A stretch of DNA of 22,731 nucleotides from Myxococcota bacterium (GTDB lineage: Bacteria > Myxococcota_A > Polyangia > Nannocystales > Nannocystaceae). The stretch spans positions 1 through 22,731 of the forward strand of contig JBCCHT010000078.1 in the NCBI GenBank assembly GCA_039028615.1, read 5' to 3'. This document shows, in pieces, positions 9,832 to 17,227 of this stretch. The translations under genes and the position numbers were made by a program. The notes under the pieces are model-generated. The model was not told the DNA's origin and made no database searches. It was given only the letters and a program-made list of their open reading frames with translations. Each line of letters begins with the position of its first letter. Position 1 is the first letter of the stretch.

Positions 9832-10758
9832 TCAGTCGAGGTGACGGCGGAGCCAGTCGAGGTAACGGGTCATGGGATCTTCGACGCGGAAGCCGATGGC
9901 GCCCCAGGTGGGCGTGTGGGTGACGGGTGCGAGCAGGGCGGCGACCTTGCGGGTGAGCGGCAGTCGGTCGCCCGCGTTGACGTCGCCCGGCCGCAGCTCG
10001 TCGCCCGCCACGATGGCCGCGCCGTGGTCGAGCTCGTGCACGGTGATGTCGGGCTCTTCGAGCGCCTCGCAGAGCCCGTCGACGTCCTTGCCGAGCGCCT
10101 CGAGGACCTCGGGGCCGAGCAGGGTGAGCCAGTAGGCCCCGCGTACGTGATCGCCGATCTGCAGCTGGGTGACGGAGGTGTTGTGCAGGTCGAAGCCGGG
10201 GTGACGCAGGCCGAGCGCGGGGGTCAGCTGGCGCTCGACCTTGGCGACGTCGGCGGCCTCGTAGTTGATGGCCATGCTGCAGTAGCCGGAGGAAAACGGC
10301 ACGTGGGCGGCCAGGGCGAGGATGTCCTCGACGAAGGTCTCGAGCCCGCGCTCCTCGGCCTTTTCGGTGGGCAGCCAGACCTCGATGGAGCTGGCGCGCT
10401 CTTCGTTGCCCTCGGTGCCGATCTCGTTGCCGATGTACGAAAACGCGTACTCGCCGACTTCGTACTCGGAGCCGGGGCCCTTCATGAGCACGAACTCGTT
10501 GGGCAGGCCGGTGGCCGCGGCGGCGGACATGCGCTTGCGGGCGCTATTGAAGCGGCGGGTGGTGAGCGGCTTCCACTGCTCGGCCGCGACGATGTGGTTG
10601 AGCGTGTCCTCGCCGATATAGGCCCGCAGGGCGTCGAAGAAGTCGCCGGCCTGGGCCGCGAGGTCGACGTGGCTGCGCCGCACGAACAGCACGAGCACGA
10701 TGCCATCCCGCGCGGCGGTGTTGCCGGTGGGGGGGTGACGCAAAGGGAGCAGGGACAT
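9832..10758 (-). CDS. DUF3396 (TsiV-like) immunity protein (308 aa)
   Basis: Start reassigned to ATG 10758. Motifs PFSSGY, RHPGFDL, VRGAYWLTLLGPEVLEALG, GDVNAGDRLP, terminal WLRR. Directly follows the toxin gene. Confidence 0.85.
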   Translation of the reverse strand: MSLLPLRHPPTGNTAARDGIVLVLFVRRSHVDLAAQAGDFFDALRAYIGEDTLNHIVAAEQWKPLTTRRFNSARKRMSAAAATGLPNEFVLMKGPGSEYEVGEYAFSYIGNEIGTEGNEERASSIEVWLPTEKAEERGLETFVEDILALAAHVPFSSGYCSMAINYEAADVAKVERQLTPALGLRHPGFDLHNTSVTQLQIGDHVRGAYWLTLLGPEVLEALGKDVDGLCEALEEPDITVHELDHGAAIVAGDELRPGDVNAGDRLPLTRKVAALLAPVTHTPTWGAIGFRVEDPMTRYLDWLRRHLD

Positions 10759-10766
10759 GGGGGATT

Positions 10767-11783
10767 TTAGAGGGCCACGATGGCCGAGGGGGTGTTGGGC
10801 TGGAGCATGGAGTCGTAGACCTGATTTTGCATCTGGCCGGACTTGTCCTTGGTCCAGTTTTGCTTGCCGCCCTTGGGGCAAGGGAACTTGAAGTCGTGGA
10901 TCGAGTCCACGTTGCCGCGGCTGGGCACCGCGTTGGGGTTGGAGGGCACGACCACGTCGGGGAACTTCTTGCCGCCGCACATGGCACCCACCGCCCCGTT
11001 GATGCTGCTGAAGGGGCTGTTGCCGCTGCGGAAGAAGCCGCGAGCCTGGCGAACGATGGCCTGCTGGGTCCGGGGCACCTGGGGCGGCGTGCCGCCCAGC
11101 GGGTTGTTGCGCGTGATGGCCTGACCGGTCGACTGCGTGTACGCGGGCTCGGAGTAGGCGTTGGGCGGCTGCCCGTTCTTGGCGCGGTCGGCCTGCGCCT
11201 GCTCGACCTTCTCGGCACAGCAGTCGTGCTTGGCCTTGCCGTCTTTGAGGCGCCGCTTCTTGCACTTTTCCTTGGCGTCGGGGTCGTTGGGATCGACGTT
11301 GCCGACCTGGTCTTCGCACTCTTCGGCGATCTTCTCGAGCGCGGCGACGATGGCGGGGGCCGTCGCGGCCTGGGCCAGCATGGTGGTGCCGGAGTTGGGC
11401 GGGTTGCTGTTGTTGTTGGTGGTGGGCTCGCTGAGCAAGTGGATGTTCTTGCCCTCGGCCTTGGTGTTCATCGAGCCGGGGCTGACGAACTTGGAGGGGC
11501 CGTGGGTGTTGGCGGAGACCATCCCGCCGCCCGTGCCCTTGCTCGGCACGTCGCCCATGCTCTTGAAGGTGGCGCCCTTGATCGCGATCACCTTGCCCTC
11601 GATCTTGACCTTCTTGGTGGCGCCCTTGAGGTTGTCGCCCGACTTGCCGATGTTGGGCAGCGGCGCGGGCACGAAGGGCGCGGGCGGACCGGGCATCTTG
11701 CAGATGTTGGGCATGGTCGCCGCGGTGATGCCCATGCTGCCCTTGGTCACGGGGGTCTTGGGTGGGTTTACGCCAGTCTTCAT
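10767..11783 (-). CDS. PAAR-like (DUF4150) domain fused to a PD-(D/E)xK VRR-NUC (TseV-like) nuclease toxin (338 aa)
   Basis: N-terminus PNICKMPGPPAPFVPAPLPNIG...KKVKIEG...GTGGGMVS...GSMNTKAEGKN. C-terminus FPDVVVPSNP...IHDFKFPC...QNQVY. Confidence 0.85.
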   Translation of the reverse strand: MKTGVNPPKTPVTKGSMGITAATMPNICKMPGPPAPFVPAPLPNIGKSGDNLKGATKKVKIEGKVIAIKGATFKSMGDVPSKGTGGGMVSANTHGPSKFVSPGSMNTKAEGKNIHLLSEPTTNNNSNPPNSGTTMLAQAATAPAIVAALEKIAEECEDQVGNVDPNDPDAKEKCKKRRLKDGKAKHDCCAEKVEQAQADRAKNGQPPNAYSEPAYTQSTGQAITRNNPLGGTPPQVPRTQQAIVRQARGFFRSGNSPFSSINGAVGAMCGGKKFPDVVVPSNPNAVPSRGNVDSIHDFKFPCPKGGKQNWTKDKSGQMQNQVYDSMLQPNTPSAIVAL

Positions 11784-11799
11784 CGGTCCAGATCACCTT

Positions 11800-12843
11800 T
11801 CAGGTGGGCAAGCTCAAGGTCGCGGCGGCTCGGGTTCCACCTTCCGAGCTCGTCCACAAAAGGACGTGCGGGCCGCGGGCGTACCCCCGCTGTCCCGACG
11901 CGATGGCCAGCATCGCCAGTAGAGGGCCCGACGCCGCCCCGACGTCGCCCCAGCAATCGGCCGGCGCTTCGAAGCGGTTGGAGTCGACGAAGGGGGCCCA
12001 CAGTCTCAATGGTACGTAAAAGAACTCGTCGTTGCGGTAGCGCTCGCCGTTGATGTCGCAGTAGGTGGTGGCGACCTTTTCCTCGGGCAGGCGCAGGGGC
12101 GCGGTCGCGCCTCGGATGGCCTCGGTGAGGCCCTCGCCGATGCAGATCCCGGGCGTCTTGATGGGATGCGGCTCGACGGCCGTGGACACGGCGCGCACGG
12201 TGGCGAGCACGGTCAGCCGCAGCGTGCGGGCCATGCTCTCGGTCATCACCACGAAAAAACCCGCGCCCTCGCCGGGGACGAACGACGAGCGGTTGGTCGC
12301 CGTCATGATCTGGCGCGTCTCGTCGAGCCAGTCGATGGTCTCGTGGTGCAGGTAGGTGTCGACGCCTCCGACGATGCAGCCGTGCACGCGCCCGGAGTCG
12401 ACCTCGCGCAGGGCCAGCTCGAGCGCGGCCAAGCCCGAGGCGTGACCTCGCGGCACGCTCATGACCTGCTCCAGGTTGAAGCGCTCGCCCAGGGTCGAGC
12501 TGAGCCGCCGCATGAGCTGCTTGGTGTCGGCCTCGCCCCAGCCGGGTCGCGTCTCGGGCACGCCCATCCATAGCGACAGGGTGGCCTTGCCCACGGGAAC
12601 GAGCGGCTCGATGCACTCTTGCAGGGCGCTCATGGCCAAGGTCTCGGCCCGGGCGGCGCCGCGCAGGTCGGGGTCGAGGGTGGCATCGACCGCGCAGCAC
12701 AGCGGATCGCCGGCCCCGTCGATCATGGTGGGGTGGCTCGCGTGCCGACTGATGCCCGCCCGGATCGCGGCCGCGCTCGTCTCGGCCCGCAGCCCGACGG
12801 GCGTGCGCGCGCCCATGGCGACGATGACGTGGGCCGCGCTCAT
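11800..12843 (-). CDS. Beta-ketoacyl-synthase-like (PRK06147-type) T6SS adaptor (347 aa)
   Basis: GARTPVGL...AAIRAGISR, GHASG, VGGVDT, FVPGEGAGF, DINGERYR, GDVGAASG. ATGA overlap with the DUF2169 gene. Confidence 0.85.
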   Translation of the reverse strand: MSAAHVIVAMGARTPVGLRAETSAAAIRAGISRHASHPTMIDGAGDPLCCAVDATLDPDLRGAARAETLAMSALQECIEPLVPVGKATLSLWMGVPETRPGWGEADTKQLMRRLSSTLGERFNLEQVMSVPRGHASGLAALELALREVDSGRVHGCIVGGVDTYLHHETIDWLDETRQIMTATNRSSFVPGEGAGFFVVMTESMARTLRLTVLATVRAVSTAVEPHPIKTPGICIGEGLTEAIRGATAPLRLPEEKVATTYCDINGERYRNDEFFYVPLRLWAPFVDSNRFEAPADCWGDVGAASGPLLAMLAIASGQRGYARGPHVLLWTSSEGGTRAAATLSLPT

Positions 12844-13856
12844 ATGTACGGCTTCTCCCGGATGAACGTGCTCTCGAGGTAGTCGGGCTCGTGGTGGCAG
12901 GGCAGGCTGGTGTGCCAGACCATGCTCAGCCGCGGGAAGTCGGGCTCGAGGATCACGGTGTGCAGCTTGGCGCGGTGCTCTTCGGTGCGCTGGCTTCGAC
13001 GCAGCGCGATGGTGGTGGTGAACGCCAAGAAGATCTTGGGCAGCGCGAAGCGGAGGGCGCCGTGGGGGTGGAGGTTGACCAGCTCGATCTCCGTGCCGCC
13101 GCGCAGGTGGGGGATGAACTGCTGGTCCGGGGGCGCGCACATGTAAAAGCGCGGGTCGAAATCCTCGGGCAGCAAGGGCTTGCGCTTTTCGATCCACTTG
13201 GCGTCGTAGGTGCCGCCGTAGGCCAGGCGCGGCGACCAGTAGCTGCAGATCGCTCCGAAGCCCGCCGCCCCCCGGCTGCCCGGGCTCGCGCCCGGGTACT
13301 CGATGTTGGCCACGGGCTGATCGATGAGGTGTGCCTTGCGAGCGACGTGCCCCGTGCCGATGGGGTTGTCGGTGAACATCCGCTGCTTGGCCAGATCGTC
13401 CGAGGTGGTGTCGTGACCCCCGTAGGCCCGCTCGTAGGTGATGGGCATCTTCTCGAACGCGGCCGGGCTCGAGGGCGAGACATCGGCGAGGTCTCGCTGC
13501 CACACGCGCTCGCCGGTCACCTCGAGGATCTTGCGCTGACCTCCGACCCCCAGCGCGACCGACATTCGCGTGGTGGGCTGGCCGTTGGGCGCGTACGCGT
13601 GGCCGACCACGTAGACGTCGGTGCCCGGCTTGGGCGGGATCATGTCCATCTCGTAGCGGAGGCTCGATTCGCCGTCGTCGCCGAAGTACTCGGGGGCGAC
13701 GACGGGGTCGACCTGTTCCTCGGACAGCGACAGCTGACCGTCGAGGCCGATGTCGAAGGTACCCTTGACGACCACGACCCAACGACGGGCGCCATTGGGA
13801 TCCTGAACCCACGTGAAATCGGCCTTGTACGGTGTGCTGTTACGGAGCTCCCACAT
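12840..13856 (-). CDS. DUF2169-family T6SS effector chaperone (338 aa)
   Basis: Start reassigned to ATG 13856 (MWELRNSTPY). VVVVKGTFDI, PKPGTDVYVVGHAYAP, YERAYGG, NPIGTG, WSPR..YGGTYD..W, LPEDFDPRFYMCAPPDQ, LRGG. Confidence 0.92.
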   Translation of the reverse strand: MWELRNSTPYKADFTWVQDPNGARRWVVVVKGTFDIGLDGQLSLSEEQVDPVVAPEYFGDDGESSLRYEMDMIPPKPGTDVYVVGHAYAPNGQPTTRMSVALGVGGQRKILEVTGERVWQRDLADVSPSSPAAFEKMPITYERAYGGHDTTSDDLAKQRMFTDNPIGTGHVARKAHLIDQPVANIEYPGASPGSRGAAGFGAICSYWSPRLAYGGTYDAKWIEKRKPLLPEDFDPRFYMCAPPDQQFIPHLRGGTEIELVNLHPHGALRFALPKIFLAFTTTIALRRSQRTEEHRAKLHTVILEPDFPRLSMVWHTSLPCHHEPDYLESTFIREKPYI

Positions 13857-14495
13857 GGCGACGGACCGAGACGAACGGCGGCCATCATACGACGAGTTCG
13901 AGGTCGCGGCACCCGGATCGCGGCGCGCTCGTGCGTACGGAAAAACCCCATGCCCCACCTGCTTGGGGTCGACGTGCGACACCCCCTCGAGGATCGTCGG
14001 CGTGGTGTTGAACGCACGCGTCTTTGCGTTCACTACCGAGTGCTCGGTGATCGAAAAGCGGAAACGATCGAGCCGCGGTCGTGGCGATCGAACGCGGTCG
14101 ACCACGAGCGGCGCGCGACCGAGCCGTGGCCTTCGCGAGCAGACGCGAAGCGGCCTCCGGTCGCCGGGGCACTCGTCGGCCGGTCGGCATCGAGAGCCGG
14201 CCGCCCACGTGACCGGCCGAGTCGCGAGGTCGACCCCGCGTCGGCGTCGTGGCACGGGGCTGGGGCCGCCCCGCCATCCGCGGGTGGGGCAGGCGACCCT
14301 CAGAACCGTGAAAAGCTCCGTGATCTCGATGGCTTGAGCCCAGGTCCCGACCCTCGAAGCGACCGGCTCGGCGGGGTCCATCGCCGGCACGCTCACGCGG
14401 CCACGAAGCGCCAAAATCCGCGCGCTGAGGCCCGGCTGCGCGTAGATCGAGCGGTTTCATGGCATCCGCCCGTGAACCCGAGTAAAAGGGGGTCC

Positions 14496-15176
14496 GTGCA
14501 GGCACAGGCGCTCACGTTCGCACTTCCCAAGGGGCGGATCCTCGGTCCGGCCACGAAGTTGCTGCGCGCGGCGGGTTTCGATCTGGGCGAGGTCGGTATC
14601 GCCAAGGATCGACGCCTGATGTTCGACCTGCCGGGTGGAGGGCGGGCCTTGTTGGTCAAGCCCAGCGACGTGCCGACCTATGTCGAGCACGGGGTGGCCG
14701 ACGTGGGAATCTCTGGAGCGGACACGCTTCGCGAGCATGCCCATGATCTGTACGAGCCGGTCGACCTCGGCATCGGGGCCTGTCGTCTCGCGGTCGCCGA
14801 GCCCGAAGATCGGCCCGCGCCGCTTCGTCGGGGCATGGCCCTGCGCGTGGCGACCAAGTACCCGAATTCGGCGCGTCGCCACTATCACTCCAAGGGAATT
14901 TCACCGGAGATCATCCCGCTTTACGGCTCGGTCGAGCTGGGGGCGATCACCGGGCTCGCCGATCAAATCGTCGATCTGGTCGAGAGCGGAGAGACCCTCC
15001 GGCAAAATCGCTTGGTAGAAGTAGAAACGGTCATGCACGTCACCAGCCGGCTCATCGTTCATCCCGCGAGCCTCAAGCTCAAGCCGGGTCCGGTCGCTCG
15101 TCTCATCGACGAGCTGCGAGCGGTGGTGGGCCAGCAGGAGACGGGCGAGCCGAGAAAGGCAGCGGGCGACCGGTGA
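14496..15176 (+). CDS. hisG: ATP phosphoribosyltransferase, short form (226 aa)
   Basis: GTG 14496 after AAAAGGGGG. ALPKGRI, DVPTYVEHGVADVGI, RVATKYP, LYGSVEL, IVDLVESGETLRQN. No C-terminal regulatory domain. Confidence 0.96.
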   Translation: MQAQALTFALPKGRILGPATKLLRAAGFDLGEVGIAKDRRLMFDLPGGGRALLVKPSDVPTYVEHGVADVGISGADTLREHAHDLYEPVDLGIGACRLAVAEPEDRPAPLRRGMALRVATKYPNSARRHYHSKGISPEIIPLYGSVELGAITGLADQIVDLVESGETLRQNRLVEVETVMHVTSRLIVHPASLKLKPGPVARLIDELRAVVGQQETGEPRKAAGDR

Positions 15177-15886
15177 GCAAGGATCGCGAGCGAGACGCAC
15201 AGCGGGTGCGCCATGCCATGAGCAAGGAGCTCAAGGCCCACGTGCGTCTCAAAGACCAGGGCATCGTGCCCTCCGACGCAGAGCTCCAGACGCTGGCCGA
15301 GTCGTTGCCCGACCTGCTGGCCTTTGGCGACAACGAATTCCACGGCGTTCGCGTCGTGCTCGACTGGGACCACCAGATCCCCAGCCAGTACTCGCTGCTG
15401 CGCATCATCGCCTGCTACGACAAGGCCGCGCTCGAGCGCGTCGATGCCCTGCTCGACGACCGCGACGAAGAGATCGGCGAGAGCAACCTCTACCCCGAGT
15501 TCGACGTCCCCGACTACGGAGACATCGACGGCAACGAGTCGTACGTCGCCCTGCTGCGCCCCGGCAGCCACGACATCGAAGACTTCCGCTTCATGAGTGG
15601 CTGGCGCAAGCAAGTCCGCCCCGTCGCCGCCGACCTGGCCGTCAAGACCGTCACCACCACCACCAGCTACCAACGCGCTGCCGCCTCCCGCTCCGGCGAA
15701 GGCCTCGGCGGCCCCGTCGTCATCGGCTGGGCCCCCCCGTGCCTCGCCAACACGGCGACCTGGGCCGTAGAAGTCTGGCTCCTCACCGAGTTCGACGGCC
15801 ACCAAGGCAAAGCCCGCGTCTTCATGGTCGACCTCGAAGGCAAAGCCATCACCCGCGAGTTCGACACCGACGTCCAACTCGCCTAG
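15173..15886 (+). CDS. Hypothetical cytoplasmic protein (237 aa), translationally coupled to hisG
   Basis: GTGA overlap with the hisG stop, very high GC at third positions, natural composition. Confidence 0.85.
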   Translation: MSKDRERDAQRVRHAMSKELKAHVRLKDQGIVPSDAELQTLAESLPDLLAFGDNEFHGVRVVLDWDHQIPSQYSLLRIIACYDKAALERVDALLDDRDEEIGESNLYPEFDVPDYGDIDGNESYVALLRPGSHDIEDFRFMSGWRKQVRPVAADLAVKTVTTTTSYQRAAASRSGEGLGGPVVIGWAPPCLANTATWAVEVWLLTEFDGHQGKARVFMVDLEGKAITREFDTDVQLA

Positions 15887-16204
15887 CCGACCCCCGTCGA
15901 CCCTCCACGCAAAGGCGGCAGCCCACCCCACCCGGGTAGGCCACCGCCTTTCGCAATTGGAAGCGACAAAAGTCCAGCCCCCTCCCACTGTCATGATGGC
16001 TGCGGCGCAGCGCACTCCTACGTTCGCGAGGGATGAGGAATGTAGCCCGCTCCCACCATCGTGATGTCAGCAGCGCGGCCTCACCAAGCCCACCCCCACC
16101 GTACCGGGACGAGCAGCAACCTCAACCAGCCCCCCTTCGCCCACCCCCCACCGCAGATCACCAACCAACACGGCAGGCCGCCCAGAAGCCCGCCACCATC
16201 TTCG

Positions 16205-16281
16205 TTGTAGATGCGGGGGGCACCCGCGTAGGCGGAAGGGGCCCCCGGTCGCGCGCAGGAGGTGACTATGCGCCCCTACAA
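16205..16281. repeat. Possible inverted doublet of GTAG-type REP-like sequences
   Basis: TTGTAG-ATGCGGG-GGGCA-CCCGCGT on the + strand and TTGTAG-GGGCGCA...TGCGC on the - strand, facing each other. Confidence 0.3.
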
Positions 16282-16363
16282 GCACTCACCACCATCAATT
16301 CACCGACGAGCACGTCCGGGGTAGGCGTCCGCCGTCAACAGGGCCCCCCACCCCCCAACGAAG

Positions 16364-16462
16364 CCGACCAAGCCCGTTCCCCAGCTCAACCAGCTTCCGA
16401 CCAAGCCCGTTCCAGAACTCAACCAGCCTCCGACCAAGCCCGCCCCCAGCTCAATCAACCCT
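16364..16462 (+). repeat. Three 33-bp tandem repeats
   Basis: CCGACCAAGCCCGTTCCCCAGCTCAACCAGCTT and two variants, at 16364, 16397 and 16430. Confidence 0.88.
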
Positions 16463-16598
16463 CCGAACGACGCACCAAAACCTAGGCAACCCCCAGCCCA
16501 ACCAACTCCACGCTCACGCCCGCGGCCAACCACCACCGAAGACTCACCTGCCGCGACCGATCATCCCCGCCGCGACTACCACTCAACCAGCTCGCCCT

Positions 16599-17042
16599 CT
16601 ACTCCTCCCCAGCCACCACGATCCCTTTCTCAACCGCCACCTCCATGAGCCGCTCCGCCGAAACCCGACAATTCTCCGCCATATGCCCAAACGCCGCCGT
16701 AGCCGTATTGTCCACGGAGTAGTCTTTATGCTTCGGGATCGCCAACATGAACCCCGCCGAGACCGCCCGAATCGCCGCCCGCCGAAACCCACTCCCCAAG
16801 ATCACCAACCGCACCGTAGAGCACAGCTCCGCAATCTCGTTGTACCCATCGAGCAGCGCCCGCCGAGCCTCCGCTCCCGGAATCGGTGACTCCGTGGGAA
16901 CGATGGCCGCATACGCCATCGGTTTCCCCTCGCGCTTGTACTCGTTGTTGACCCAAGCGACGAGCTGACTGACGGCGTCGACCGTCACTTCCTCCCAGCG
17001 GACCAACAGGGCGTCCTCGATTTCGGTGCTGACGTAGGTCAT
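16599..17042 (-). CDS. Small STAS/SpoIIAA-like alpha/beta protein (147 aa)
   Basis: Probable start ATG 17042 (MTYVSTEI). Pattern LLVRW...YAAIVPTESPIPGAEARR...LVILGSGFRRAAIRAV resembles a STAS/SEC14-like family common in myxobacteria. The fold call is tentative. Confidence 0.7.
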   Translation of the reverse strand: MTYVSTEIEDALLVRWEEVTVDAVSQLVAWVNNEYKREGKPMAYAAIVPTESPIPGAEARRALLDGYNEIAELCSTVRLVILGSGFRRAAIRAVSAGFMLAIPKHKDYSVDNTATAAFGHMAENCRVSAERLMEVAVEKGIVVAGEE

Positions 17043-17227
17043 GGCGACGGCGTAAGGCGTGACGCCGAGACGAACGAAGTCTCGGTGCCCCGCACGAGCT
17101 TGCCCAACCGCGTGAGCCCAGGCAACCGCATCGGAGGCATGACGGACGATGTTTTCCGTTCCGGCCCGGGTGACCATCCGCCTACACTCGGACCGCGCCG
17201 TTACTATTGACGGGGAGTCGGTCCTAC

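Larger units (their letters stand above)
9044..13856 (-). other. Five-gene T6SS-type effector/adaptor/immunity cassette
   Basis: Five co-oriented genes with spacings of -4, 16, 8 and 2 bp, antisense to the flanking murA and hisG. Confidence 0.85.

Noticed and set aside
14419..14436. Imperfect direct repeat of the murA stop region (GCTGAGGCCCGG versus GCTGAGGGCCGG at ~9023-9034) as an insertion scar
   Set aside because: Too short and GC-rich to distinguish from chance without an empty-site genome.
12891..14495. 535-codon N-terminal extension of HisG, and the 186-codon extension of DUF2169
   Set aside because: Largely an antisense shadow or non-protein-like sequence. Family homology starts at GTG 14496 (with a ribosome-binding site) and at ATG 13856.
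15173..15886. hisZ or hisD
   Set aside because: Too short, and lacks HisRS-like or histidinol dehydrogenase motifs.
16033..16485. 150-aa Pro/Gln-rich ORF
   Set aside because: Low-complexity translation of the C/A-rich tract and 33-bp repeats, with atypical codon usage.
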